From positions 1-60,067 of the IMG/VR virus record IMGVR_UViG_3300034523_000297: a stretch of 60,067 bases of DNA, one strand, 5' to 3'. Positions 36,666 through 46,365 of the stretch are shown piece by piece (position 1 is the first letter of the stretch; each line of letters starts with the position of its first letter). The notes under the pieces are model-generated. The model saw only the letters and a program-made list of their open reading frames with translations, was not told where the DNA came from and did not search any database. A program made the position numbers and the translations under genes. The DNA is from a virus. Lineage: Duplodnaviria > Caudoviricetes.

Positions 36666-37471
36666 CAGATGCCCTCCTTCCCACGGTGCGATTCCCACTC
36701 AAACGGGACCACGATCATTCCGCCCTCGCGCAGGCGGTCGACGCAGCGCTCGCCCATGGCCACCGGCAGATGCTCGGGTCCCAGGTTGGAAATCACCACG
36801 GTTGGGCGCACCTGCTCGTACCGGCCGTTGATGATCGCGAACAGGGTGGTCAGCTCGAAGTCGCTCGGCTGCTCCTTGCTCACGCCTACCTCGTCCAGTA
36901 CCAGCAAGTCAGGAGTGACCAGGCTGGACAGGATGTCGGCCTCGCTTCGTTCGCTGTGTCGGTCGTACGTGGCGCGGATGGCCTGCAGGATCGAACCCAC
37001 GGTGCGGTACACGGCTGTACGGGAAGTTTTGTGCAGCAGCTCGTTGGCAATGGCCACGCCCAAGTGGGTCTTTCCGGTGCCTGGCTTGCCGATCAGGACC
37101 ATGCATCGGCCAGACTCGGCGATCTCGTCGAACACCTTCACGTAGTGCCGGCAGAAGCTCAGGGCTTTGCGCTGGCCTTCGTTGTCGGCGCTGTAGTTCG
37201 CCAGCGTGCGTTTCTCGAAGCGTTTCGGGATCAAGGCATCCCCAAGCTTGCGGGAGATCGCCATTCGCTTCGTGAGCGCTTCCTGGGCCTTCTGGCGCTC
37301 TTCGCGCTCATCGTTGGCGATTCGGTGGCACTCAGGGCAGCCGCCGCGAAGCTCGCGGTCAAGGATGACCACCACGCTTTGGTCGTACGGCCCGTGCTTG
37401 TCGCAATGGGCTGGCTGGGTGCGGACGGGGGCCGGCGCGATGTTTGCTGGCTTGGCTGACTCAGAGCGCAT
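36665..37471 (-). CDS. DnaC/IstB-like helicase loader ATPase
   Basis: Zn-binding CDKHG/CPEC, Walker A GKPGTGKT, LLVLDEVG, DRLRE. Confidence 0.92.
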   Translation of the reverse strand: MRSESAKPANIAPAPVRTQPAHCDKHGPYDQSVVVILDRELRGGCPECHRIANDEREERQKAQEALTKRMAISRKLGDALIPKRFEKRTLANYSADNEGQRKALSFCRHYVKVFDEIAESGRCMVLIGKPGTGKTHLGVAIANELLHKTSRTAVYRTVGSILQAIRATYDRHSERSEADILSSLVTPDLLVLDEVGVSKEQPSDFELTTLFAIINGRYEQVRPTVVISNLGPEHLPVAMGERCVDRLREGGMIVVPFEWESHRGKEGI

Positions 37472-38270
37472 AGCTGCCGTCCTCCCGTTTCTTCAGGCCT
37501 GCCGTGTAGTCGCGATCAGCGAAGCCGTGATGGCGGCTGGTGGGCAGGTGGTGAACGTTGTCAGCAGGAAGCTCTACCTCATCCTCCCAGCGCTTCCCGT
37601 TGAGCCAGGTAGCCGCGTGGGGGATGAACTGGCCGTTGTCCTTGGTCCAGCCGGGCAACTGCCGATGCTTGGCCAGAGCGGTGACGATGGTGTCGAACAG
37701 GTCGGCGGTCAGCTTGAGCTTTGCCCATGCCTTCTCGGCTTTGTCCTTCCCAACCTTGCGCGGATACAGCTTCCAGAACCGCGAGAACAGCTCGGCCGAA
37801 TCCACCGGAGCGGGCGACGGAGTGAGGGAATCAGGAATCAGGAATCCGGAATCAAGAGAGAGGGAATCAGCAGGGAAAGAACTGTGCGAGTCTGGTGCTT
37901 GCACCGTGCTTTCCTCATGCTTTCCCTGGCATGCGTCTACTACGGGCATTTCAGGGATGGTGCTCTTGGCTTCCTTGACGTGTGGGTTCTGGTGCTTCGA
38001 CCAGTTGATGACCTGAATAGCCTTCACGTCGCCCACGTTGTAACGCTTGATGAACCCCAAATGATCCAGGTCATCGAGCATGCGATCGATGTCGACATTG
38101 TCGGCTGGGAACAAGGCCATTTTGAGGCGGCGTGGGCGATCTTCCAGGCGTCCTTCACGGTCTGCCTCGGTCCAAAGGCCGATGAACAGGAGGCGCGTGG
38201 CAAAGTCCAGCTCTGCCAGGTGTTCATTCGAGAAGAACCCTGGTTTGATGTTTCTTGAACGGGCCATCAT
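37461..38270 (-). CDS. Replication initiator protein (O-like)
   Basis: MARSRNIKPGFF N-terminus; FWKLYPRKVGK and HAATWLNGKRWEDE C-terminus. Confidence 0.88.
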   Translation of the reverse strand: MMARSRNIKPGFFSNEHLAELDFATRLLFIGLWTEADREGRLEDRPRRLKMALFPADNVDIDRMLDDLDHLGFIKRYNVGDVKAIQVINWSKHQNPHVKEAKSTIPEMPVVDACQGKHEESTVQAPDSHSSFPADSLSLDSGFLIPDSLTPSPAPVDSAELFSRFWKLYPRKVGKDKAEKAWAKLKLTADLFDTIVTALAKHRQLPGWTKDNGQFIPHAATWLNGKRWEDEVELPADNVHHLPTSRHHGFADRDYTAGLKKREDGSYAL

Positions 38271-39019
38271 TGGGCCTCCAGGTTGTACTGAGCCCACAGA
38301 CCAGCCACCCAAGTGACGCCCTTGGGTGTGAATTTGGCTTGGTTGAAGGCGTGACCGCTCTCGCTAGTACCGGTCTTCACGGCGAAACGACCGGCGTCGA
38401 TGTGGTTCTGGTAGGCCTGCCACTCGCCGCCCATGCGATACATGATCTTCTTGTCGAGCAGGAACTCGCGGAAGCGTGCCTCATTGGCCTTCAGCAGCTT
38501 GGCGGTTTGGCGGAAGCCCTTGAGGCCGGTTGACTCGACGTACTTGTCGACAAACTCGACCTTGGGCGCGGCAACCTCCAGGGCCTGCTGGGCGATCTGG
38601 CGTTGCTCGTATTGCTCTGCCCAGGCGCGAGCTGCGGCAGCAGGATTTGAGAAGTCAGGCAGCGTAGCGATGACTCGAGGCGATTCGAGTGACTTGAGCT
38701 TATCGAGAACGCTGCGGCGAACCGACTTCGATTCACGCATACCGACCAGCATGCACTGGTCCAGAGTCAGGTCGTAAGTGGCTACCTGGTTTCCGTAGAC
38801 AGGGGTGTAATATTTTTGCACCCCCTCCAACTCGTCTCCCAGCTCGTCCTCAACCCGAGAAAGGAACTGGTCATTGCGCACCTGGGGTTCTCCAGCAGAC
38901 CTCCTAGAGGCGTTGATCAGGTCGCGCAATTCAAGGCTGCTCATCCTCCGCGCCACAGAATCGTGGTTCGAATTTTGTGGCGCGAGGGCCACGGTATTGC
39001 TTTGGGTGCTCAGGTGCAT
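38267..39019 (-). CDS. Antirepressor with KilAC (ANT) domain
   Basis: LPDFSNPAAAARAWA, APKVEFVD, FTPKG motifs. Confidence 0.88.
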   Translation of the reverse strand: MHLSTQSNTVALAPQNSNHDSVARRMSSLELRDLINASRRSAGEPQVRNDQFLSRVEDELGDELEGVQKYYTPVYGNQVATYDLTLDQCMLVGMRESKSVRRSVLDKLKSLESPRVIATLPDFSNPAAAARAWAEQYEQRQIAQQALEVAAPKVEFVDKYVESTGLKGFRQTAKLLKANEARFREFLLDKKIMYRMGGEWQAYQNHIDAGRFAVKTGTSESGHAFNQAKFTPKGVTWVAGLWAQYNLEAQ

Positions 39020-39132
39020 ATATGATTACCTCACTCAAGCGTTACGAATGCAGTACAAGAAGCCACCCTGCCCGGTGGTTTTTTTGTGCCTGCCATTTGA
39101 GGGTCTCTTCAGTCCCTATGTGAGGGCCTCAC

Positions 39133-39333
39133 CTATCCGGTAGAGGGCCTCTTCAGTCCCACCAGCTCCAGAACCGGCGCCTTTCGCCTGCCTACAAACA
39201 CCGTTGCGCCGGACGTAATTGCTTCGAGCAAGACCTCATTCACGGCCTCCTCAAACGTCCAACCCCTGGCTTCCATCAGGCGATGAATCTTGGCTCTGGT
39301 CTCTGGCGGCACGTTCTCTTCACAAAATTCCAT
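39133..39333 (-). CDS. Small putative DNA-binding protein
   Basis: GGAGG RBS; 66 aa. Confidence 0.55.
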   Translation of the reverse strand: MEFCEENVPPETRAKIHRLMEARGWTFEEAVNEVLLEAITSGATVFVGRRKAPVLELVGLKRPSTG

Positions 39334-39352
39334 CGTGCCCTCCTGAGGGCCT

Positions 39353-39559
39353 CTAGCCCGCGATATCCTTCAAGTCGTCAGGCATGAGGGCTTCGATGCC
39401 GCCATTAACAGCGGCCCACTCGAGCATCTCGAACAGGTAGGTCGCGTACTCGCGGCGAGCCTTGTGGGCGGCTCGCTGAAGCTGCCGATCGAGCAACGGG
39501 TACAAGCGAACCTTTCTGGCCAGGTCGCGGCGCTGCGTCAGGGGGTCTTTGAATCCCAT
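39353..39559 (-). CDS. CII-position regulator (RHH-like)
   Basis: Immediately downstream of cro; AGGAG RBS. Confidence 0.55.
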   Translation of the reverse strand: MGFKDPLTQRRDLARKVRLYPLLDRQLQRAAHKARREYATYLFEMLEWAAVNGGIEALMPDDLKDIAG

Positions 39560-39589
39560 AGGGGTGCTACTCCTTGCGGTTGGAATTGG

Positions 39590-39799
39590 TTAGGCGGCGG
39601 TTTTAGCTGATGGGCGAACGCACAGCTCGCGAGCGGTGACCGCTCCGGACGTGAGTTCTTCTGCCTTGAATGCCTTTTCGGCACTCATGAAATGGATCCC
39701 TGACACCCAGTACGAAACCGCAGCCTGGGATACGCCAAGAGCCAATGCTGTTTTGGTCTGGCCGCCGAAGAATTCGACGAGCCTTTCGATGGGGGTCAT
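39590..39799 (-). CDS. cro: Cro-like repressor
   Basis: FFGGQTKTALALGVSQAAVSYW HTH; divergent from cI. Confidence 0.9.
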   Translation of the reverse strand: MTPIERLVEFFGGQTKTALALGVSQAAVSYWVSGIHFMSAEKAFKAEELTSGAVTARELCVRPSAKTAA

Positions 39800-39814
39800 G
39801 CGCGATCCCTCCTG

Positions 39815-39875
39815 ATAAGCCTGCTTATATCGTATGAATAAGGAGGCTTATTTGCAACCCCATAAGGCAACTTAT
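39815..39875. promoter_or_regulatory. OR: three operators ATAAG-N4-CTTAT
   Basis: ATAAGCCTGCTTAT (39815), ATAAGGAGGCTTAT (39838), ATAAGGCAACTTAT (39862) between cro and cI. Confidence 0.9.
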
Positions 39876-39887
39876 AAATTGCTCTGC

Positions 39888-40553
39888 ATGACGACACTTG
39901 CCCAACGAATGAAAATCGCGCGATCCCACGCCAATCTCACCCAGAAAAAGCTGGCTGAGACGGCAGGGGTTGAGCAGCCAGCCATATCGCAACTGGAAAC
40001 AGGAAAAAGCCTAAAGAGCGCCCACATCGCAGCCATAGCTAAGGCTTGTGGCGTCAGCGCTATATGGCTGGATAAGGGTATTGGCGGAATGACCGATGAC
40101 ACGTCAGGATTCGACGCCAACGTAGAACCTATTCCTGGTCCTGTCAGGTATTACGAATACCCAGAAATCAGCTGGGTTCAGGCTGGGATGCCAATGGAAG
40201 CGATAGAAATCTCGAACGTTGCGTCGTGCGAGGTTCATCCATCAGACGCTTGGGCTGGCCCGCACGGGTTTTGGCTCAAGGTGAAGGGGCCGTCGATGAC
40301 CTCTTCTAACGGCATGTCCTTTCCCGAGGGAATGGTGATCCTGGTAGCCCCTGGATTTGATGTGGAGAGCAGCCAGTTCGTAGTGGCCAAGATGGTCGAC
40401 ACCAACGAGGCGACGTTCAAACAGTTCATCTGGGATTCCGGCCGCGCCTTCCTCAAACCACTTAACCCATCGTTCCCCACTGTTGAGATGGATGGCGAAT
40501 GGGTCTTGGTTGGCCGAGTGGTGGATGCCAAGTGGCCGCGATCAGCTCTGTGA
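39888..40553 (+). CDS. cI: CI repressor (HTH + S24 autopeptidase)
   Basis: HTH, VQAG cleavage site, GPSM catalytic Ser, ATFK catalytic Lys. Confidence 0.96.
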   Translation: MTTLAQRMKIARSHANLTQKKLAETAGVEQPAISQLETGKSLKSAHIAAIAKACGVSAIWLDKGIGGMTDDTSGFDANVEPIPGPVRYYEYPEISWVQAGMPMEAIEISNVASCEVHPSDAWAGPHGFWLKVKGPSMTSSNGMSFPEGMVILVAPGFDVESSQFVVAKMVDTNEATFKQFIWDSGRAFLKPLNPSFPTVEMDGEWVLVGRVVDAKWPRSAL

Positions 40554-40560
40554 GGTTGTC

Positions 40561-40815
40561 ATGCCCCTAACCAAGCCCAACCAAGAACTCCACCGCGACC
40601 TCCAAGGCCTGGCCTCTGACCTGAAGTGGTCGGCGGTCGAGCTGAAACGGATTGCTGAGCGCATCAGCCTGTCCGGGAATGACCCAGATGCTCAAGCCGT
40701 ACTGAGGATGTGCCGGTCCTTTCAGGACGCCGAGGAAAGGCTTGCCGGATATGCAGAGGAAACCCACCTGGGGCTAATTGTCCGGGTAAAGACACCTTGC
40801 GAGCTGCCAGAGTGA
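40561..40815 (+). CDS. Hypothetical protein downstream of cI
   Basis: GAGG RBS; MPLTKPNQEL start. Confidence 0.6.
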   Translation: MPLTKPNQELHRDLQGLASDLKWSAVELKRIAERISLSGNDPDAQAVLRMCRSFQDAEERLAGYAEETHLGLIVRVKTPCELPE

Positions 40816-41084
40816 GGATCCGCCGGGCTGGGGAGGATCGGTTGGTGGGGTATGAGGAGGAGGTGAACGTGGGAAGGATTGCCAGACTAATCCAAGTGGT
40901 CCGCCAGGATAAAGACTAAATCCAAGCCTGGGGTGACTCTGGTCCAAAGCACGAAATTAGTATGAAAGCAGTGGATGAGCGATATTTTCTAAGAGGCATG
41001 CTTCCTAGCGAATACTAATAACAGGCGACCATCCCAAGCACCTCCATTACTGTACATAAAAAATTCTATCAAGGACGTAAGCGC

Positions 41085-42830
41085 ATGGCTGGGGCCAAAA
41101 AATCACGCTCTGCGCGTGGCACGCAAGTCGAAAAAATCTCTATCGCCAAATTTAGGGGATTGCAGGACCTGACCATTCCGCTAGGGGAAAGAATCACCCT
41201 ATTATGCGGTAAAAACGGCACATCAAAATCTTCAATCCTAGGGATAGCCGCCCAAGTATTTAGCTTCGAAACGGATTACACAACCGGGGACAGCCTTAAC
41301 TATACGACCCTTACAGGGAGTAAATTTGAGTCACGAGTTTCCGAGCACTTCAGGCTTTCAAAAAAATTTGATCAGCCCGATTCGATGGATACAACAGTAA
41401 CCATCTATGATGGCTATACCTCGTCCCAAGCAGACCTCAACCTTCGCCTATACGACTCAAAAGACAGAAATAAGCCGCGCCCAATAGTTCGCGGGAATAC
41501 GCTGGCCGGTGACGAAAAAAACACCAGTAGAAATGCAACGCACCCAGTCATTTACTTGAGCCTGAAGCGGCTGACACCAATTTCTCAGCGTGCAAAATAT
41601 ACCGAGCATGATATTGATTTCTTAAATCAACATCGTAGATCGTTTGTCTCTCTTAGCAATCGCCTGTTGAGCAAGCAGTCGGCAACGTCTGTGACTGCTA
41701 CGACCGGGACTATTAAGTCTGCTGCCGCCCACGGCACAAATTATGATCATGACTCAGTCTCTGCCGGAGAAGACAATGCTGGTCAGATTTTGCTAGCAAT
41801 CTATTCTTTCCGCAAGCTAAAGGAGGAGTACCCCAAATATCAAGGAGGACTACTTCTCATAGATGAAGCGGATGCCGGACTATTCCCAGCCGCGCAAAGA
41901 CAGCTAATTAAAATACTTACAGAAGAATGTAAGGACCTAAACCTCCAAGTCATTATGACTTCACATTCTCCGACCATGATTCAGGATATACACGAACTCA
42001 GCGAAAAGTCGCCAGGACAATATCAGAATATATACTTAAGCGACAGCTATGGACCTATCAGAATCTTTGAAAATGTGACCTGGCCACAGATTTATGCCGA
42101 TCTTCACGTCCAAACCATAGCTATAGACGACAAGCAACTGCCGCTGGTGAATATCTACTTTGAAGATAAAGAGGCTTACGACCTCTATACAGCCATCATA
42201 AGTGACCGGTCCATAAAAAGGCTATCAAATCCTCTCAAGGACATTGCATTAGGCTGCAGCGAATACATAAAGTTAGTTAAGAGAAAGGTCCCAGAATTCC
42301 ACTCAAAAAGCCTTATCATTCTCGATGGTGATGTCGATGCCAGTGAGACAAAGGGCATGGACAGCATCGTAAAATTACCAGGCTTACTTCCACCCGACCA
42401 GATGATTTTCGAGTTCCTCTACAATCTAGAAGCAGCTGATGCGTTTTGGAAAAACAGCCGCGGCTTCTCTAAGCCAGTTTTTCTCCAGCTGGCTCAAAAA
42501 ATCATCGACACTTTGGAAATTGATCCCGCTGACGGCAAGATTGATATGCATGTCCTTGTGGATCGACACAAGGCTAGGTCGTCGCCAGACGATCAGAGGT
42601 TGAGAAGTCATTTCAAAAATTTTGCTAAAGAAAAAGATTTTCTGTCCATGGTTGCAGGTCGGGTCACAGAGAATCCATATAGAGCCTGGGCCAAACGTAA
42701 TTATGAGCTTTCCACAAATTTCAAGGAAGAGGTTCGCAAAAAGCTCAAGTCGACGCTGGTTAATGGCCACGGTATTGATACGGCCATGCTAGCCATATTG
42801 GACCCCTCCCCCGATCTCAAAAAAGCCTGA
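41085..42830 (+). CDS. ABC-type (AAA_15/AAA_21-like) ATPase with probable C-terminal TOPRIM domain
   Basis: Walker A GKNGTSKS, signature SAGE, Walker B LLLIDE, TSHS; then YFED and ILDGD TOPRIM-like acidic motifs. Confidence 0.85.
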   Translation: MAGAKKSRSARGTQVEKISIAKFRGLQDLTIPLGERITLLCGKNGTSKSSILGIAAQVFSFETDYTTGDSLNYTTLTGSKFESRVSEHFRLSKKFDQPDSMDTTVTIYDGYTSSQADLNLRLYDSKDRNKPRPIVRGNTLAGDEKNTSRNATHPVIYLSLKRLTPISQRAKYTEHDIDFLNQHRRSFVSLSNRLLSKQSATSVTATTGTIKSAAAHGTNYDHDSVSAGEDNAGQILLAIYSFRKLKEEYPKYQGGLLLIDEADAGLFPAAQRQLIKILTEECKDLNLQVIMTSHSPTMIQDIHELSEKSPGQYQNIYLSDSYGPIRIFENVTWPQIYADLHVQTIAIDDKQLPLVNIYFEDKEAYDLYTAIISDRSIKRLSNPLKDIALGCSEYIKLVKRKVPEFHSKSLIILDGDVDASETKGMDSIVKLPGLLPPDQMIFEFLYNLEAADAFWKNSRGFSKPVFLQLAQKIIDTLEIDPADGKIDMHVLVDRHKARSSPDDQRLRSHFKNFAKEKDFLSMVAGRVTENPYRAWAKRNYELSTNFKEEVRKKLKSTLVNGHGIDTAMLAILDPSPDLKKA

Positions 42831-42912
42831 TCATGCGTGCGCCGGGGAGGCTGGCCAAGTATACTGCCGGCCGCTAGACTGAGGCTGGCCAGCCTCCAAG
42901 GACGAGATTCTT

Positions 42913-43791
42913 ATGTACTCCAACAAGCTTTACAGCCCGCTTCGCTACCCCGGCGGCAAGGCGCGTTTCGCGCCGTTCATCGCTGAGGTCATGCGCGCCA
43001 ATGGCTTGGACGGTGGTCACTATTTAGAACCCTTTGCGGGCGGGGCTGGCGTAGCTCTGGAGCTTCTATTTGACGGGCATGCTAGCCACGTCCATATCAA
43101 TGATCTCGATCCAGCTGTGCATGCTTTTTGGTCTGCGGTGACTTCTGATTCGGAAGGCTTGCTACGCCTCCTTCGCGATACCCCTATTACGATGGATGAG
43201 TGGCATCGCCTGCGCCAGGTGATGCTGGATCAAGATCCAAGCTTGTCGATTACGGAGAGAGGTTTCGCCACCCTCTTTGTCAATCGGACCAATCGCTCTG
43301 GCATCCTCAAAGGCGGCGTCATCGGAGGCAAGGCCCAAACTGGGACCTATAAGCTAGACGCTCGCTTCAACAAGGACATGATCGCAGCTAGACTTGATCG
43401 TATCGCACAGCATGCACACAACATCACGGTCCATCAGGAGGATGCGTACAGCCTTCTCAGTCGCGCATCAGAGCTACTTCCTGATCGCTCATTGATCTAT
43501 CTAGACCCCCCATACTACGTGAAGGGGCGTGATCTGTACCGGAATTTCTACAAACATGACGACCATTTGCAGATTGCCCAGCTGCTCCAGTCACCAGGGT
43601 TCATGAGGCAATGGGTTGTGTCGTATGACAGCGCCCCCGAAATTTGCGAGATGTACAGCGGCTCAGAAGCGTTGAAGTATGGCCTTCATTACACCGCCCA
43701 GGCCCGGTATGTTGGCGATGAAGTGATGTTCTTCAAGGATGGTCTTAAAGTGCCTGATGCCGAAATCCCTAAGGCGGCAGCCGCAGGCTGA
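42913..43791 (+). CDS. Dam/D12-class N6-adenine DNA methyltransferase
   Basis: SPLRYPGGK, EPFAGGAG, YLDPPY. Confidence 0.93.
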   Translation: MYSNKLYSPLRYPGGKARFAPFIAEVMRANGLDGGHYLEPFAGGAGVALELLFDGHASHVHINDLDPAVHAFWSAVTSDSEGLLRLLRDTPITMDEWHRLRQVMLDQDPSLSITERGFATLFVNRTNRSGILKGGVIGGKAQTGTYKLDARFNKDMIAARLDRIAQHAHNITVHQEDAYSLLSRASELLPDRSLIYLDPPYYVKGRDLYRNFYKHDDHLQIAQLLQSPGFMRQWVVSYDSAPEICEMYSGSEALKYGLHYTAQARYVGDEVMFFKDGLKVPDAEIPKAAAAG

Positions 43792-43808
43792 ACCCTGGGC
43801 CTCAAATC

Positions 43809-43831
43809 AGCCCACCTCGGCGGGCTTTTTC
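43809..43831 (+). terminator. Intrinsic terminator
   Basis: AGCCCACC-TC-GGCGGGCT-TTTT. Confidence 0.75.
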
Positions 43832-43982
43832 ATGCCTTCACGCTTTTTTCACGCCCTACCCTGCACAGTGAAGGCTCATCCGATTTCCCTAAGTTAGCCC
43901 GCATTGCGGTGCGGGCTTTTCTTTGTCTGCGTGATGGCGGATGGCCAGAGTGGTAGCATGGCGGCTCATTTACCTGGGAGGG

Positions 43983-44552
43983 ATGTCCATGCGGGGCTTT
44001 GGAATTCTGGCGCTGATCGTAGGCTTGATTGCTGTGATCGGCGCAATGGCTATGGACGTGTCTGTTTCGACTGGAATGGGCGGCAGAGTTAATAACATCG
44101 GCCTCATGGCCCAGCAGCAGAATTACCTGATCATAGGGGCACTGATAGCGCTGGCAGGCCTGCTGATGACGATCTTTGTTGGCAAGAAGCAGCTGAGCAG
44201 CGAACAGATCGCGAGCATCATGGATGCAAAAGACTCGAGGCCCTGCCCCTTCTGTGCCGAGCCGATCAAGCACGCCGCCATCAAGTGCAAGCACTGCCAG
44301 GCTGATGTGCCGGCAGTTGAGCGTGAGCTGCCTTCAAAGGGATGGACTGTGCGTGTTCCATGTCGAACTGGTGATGAGTACGTGACAACGCGGGACAACC
44401 TGAAGGCAGAAGACCTGCCGGTAGGGAAATCTGAACACCCTGTCGTTGTGATCGGACCATACGACTTGAAGGTCGCTGCATTTGATGTGCTGCGCATCCT
44501 CCGTGAGCGTCACTCTATTTTTGGTGAGATCTACTACGAAGACGGCCGCTGA
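43983..44552 (+). CDS. Membrane protein with zinc ribbon
   Basis: Two TM segments, CPFCAE..CKHC; start approximate. Confidence 0.7.
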   Translation: MSMRGFGILALIVGLIAVIGAMAMDVSVSTGMGGRVNNIGLMAQQQNYLIIGALIALAGLLMTIFVGKKQLSSEQIASIMDAKDSRPCPFCAEPIKHAAIKCKHCQADVPAVERELPSKGWTVRVPCRTGDEYVTTRDNLKAEDLPVGKSEHPVVVIGPYDLKVAAFDVLRILRERHSIFGEIYYEDGR

Positions 44553-44665
44553 GCCGATATCAACCGAAACCCAAAGGCCCGCCCCGCGCGGGCTTTTTTG
44601 TGCACGCACCCTCAAAAGAGCACAAATGTGCTCTATCCAGTATTGCCATTTACGGGCAGATTAAA

Positions 44666-44685
44666 TACTGTTCATTTATACAGTA
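44666..44685. promoter_or_regulatory. LexA (SOS) box
   Basis: TACTG-TTCATTTATA-CAGTA, 15 bp upstream of the GTG at 44701. Confidence 0.85.
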
Positions 44686-44700
44686 AATGGAGTTTGTACC

Positions 44701-44964
44701 GTGGCTAAAGCCAAGACCGCATCCAAGTCCCAAGCCCATACCCCGCCTACGCGATACGAGCTGATGGGTGCCCGCATCCAGAAGATCGTCAATTCCCCAG
44801 CAGCTCAAAGCTCACGCTCCGTCATCCTGGCCAAGGCCGAACATGAGGCCCAGGAAGATTGGGAGCGCTTCCTTGACGAGGTGGCCGAGAACGACAATGT
44901 GACCATCGCTCCGCGCGAGGACGGCTCCGTCCGGCTGAGCTGGGTCGTACCCAAGGAAGACTGA
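44701..44964 (+). CDS. DUF1654-family protein
   Basis: YELMGARIQKIVNSPAAQ...W...ENDNVT motif. Confidence 0.8.
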   Translation: MAKAKTASKSQAHTPPTRYELMGARIQKIVNSPAAQSSRSVILAKAEHEAQEDWERFLDEVAENDNVTIAPREDGSVRLSWVVPKED

Positions 44965-45012
44965 TTTTCAGCATCCCTCTTTGCCCGCCTAGCGCGGGCT
45001 TTTTTGTGGGCG

Positions 45013-45840
45013 TTAAGCCTTACCGCCGTAGCGCTCCCAAGCCAAGATCATATCTTTCATGGCGCGCTTTTGAGAGTCCGGCAGGATAAAGTCGTTGTAA
45101 TACTGCTTCCCGTCGAACCTGATGGTCACCTTTTTGGCATCTGCAATTTTTCTAAGCATGGCCTTGTTCTCGGCAACGGTGTCCGACCACTCCCAGATTC
45201 CGCCGTAACCGTTATCCCGCTCGAAGTCGAGGCTTCCAAGCTGGAATGTCTGGTCATCAGCTTTGATCGTTACGCTCTGGACGAATAGCCAGCTATCAGA
45301 ATGGTATTGGAGTTTCAGCCTCAGGGGCATAACCCGAGAGTTCTCGCCCTCCAGTCCGAAATACAGGGACATATAGGTGTCGAGCGTAGGGATGGACTTG
45401 TGGGAAACCCAGGTTATCCCTTTGATCTCATCGGTATTTTTCTTCAGGTTCTTATCCAGTCGGGCTAGGGCGGCCCTCGCCTCCTCCGCTTTCTTTGCTT
45501 CTGCTGCCAGTCTTTCAGCTTCCGCAGCCTTTTCCTCACGCTCAATGGCATCAAGCAGAGATTTAGCCGTGATCGCTTCTGATTTTTCCGGGTAGCGTGC
45601 GATCAGGTCTTGCAGGCCTGATTTGGCAGCAGCGTTATCTCCGGCGGCCTTGGCGTCCTTCGCTCGCGCCAGCAGCCTTTGAGCCCCATGTTTTTCAGCA
45701 TCCAGCTCCGCCTTGAGCGTGGCGACCTCGGACTGTAGCCTGCTTACCTCTCCTTGAAGCTGTTCAGCCTTCTCCCTGTCGGCATTCCCGCATCCGGCAA
45801 GCGCCAACCCAACAGCCAATGCAACAACCGCCCTCTTCAT
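45013..45840 (-). CDS. Lipoprotein with coiled coil (moron)
   Basis: Lipobox LALAGC after MKR. Confidence 0.75.
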   Translation of the reverse strand: MKRAVVALAVGLALAGCGNADREKAEQLQGEVSRLQSEVATLKAELDAEKHGAQRLLARAKDAKAAGDNAAAKSGLQDLIARYPEKSEAITAKSLLDAIEREEKAAEAERLAAEAKKAEEARAALARLDKNLKKNTDEIKGITWVSHKSIPTLDTYMSLYFGLEGENSRVMPLRLKLQYHSDSWLFVQSVTIKADDQTFQLGSLDFERDNGYGGIWEWSDTVAENKAMLRKIADAKKVTIRFDGKQYYNDFILPDSQKRAMKDMILAWERYGGKA

Positions 45841-45945
45841 CGCCAAAAGCTCCTTGTGTGGTTGGGTGACTCTATCAAAACGCCACCACCCACACGACAT
45901 CTCGCCATGGGCTTGTGCGGATTTTTTGTGGGCACGAGAAAAAAT

Positions 45946-45987
45946 ATAAGCATGCTTATTGACTCACTAAATAAGCAGGCTTATATT
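45946..45987 (+). promoter_or_regulatory. OL operators and PL promoter
   Basis: ATAAGCATGCTTAT (45946) and ATAAGCAGGCTTAT (45971); TTGACT(45959)-17 bp-TATATT(45982). Confidence 0.88.
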
Positions 45988-46036
45988 TTGACCCATCGAG
46001 GCGCTACACAGCCCCTCGGGAGGCCCTCAAGCCGAC

Positions 46037-46049
46037 CGCTCTTTAACAA
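46037..46049 (+). promoter_or_regulatory. boxA antitermination element
   Basis: CGCTCTTTAACAA just downstream of PL. Confidence 0.8.
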
Positions 46050-46365
46050 CCCAATCGCAGAAAGGCTGCCAGCCAGCGAAACGACTAACGCACCGGGCGT
46101 GGGCGACTCCCACCCTGCTGCGCTGTATCGGATAGCCCTGGCAGCCCAAACCAGAAAACGTATGGAAAGAAATCATCGCCCAGTCGCAGGTGGCGGGTAA
46201 CAGCGACCTGGAACACCCGTTGAACTGTAGCGCCCGGCACGCCGACGCATCGGTCAACACGACATTCGATTTGAGCCAGCGACCGACGCCAGTAGCGGGT
46301 CGCGGCAGATTTCCTCGATGCCCTTCCTGTGAGGGGTATCAGGGAAATCACACGGGAGTCACAAC

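Noticed and set aside
41048-41066. Possible LexA box upstream of the ATPase (TACTGTACATAAAAAATT)
   Set aside because: Only the left half-site is present; there is no CAG at the required position
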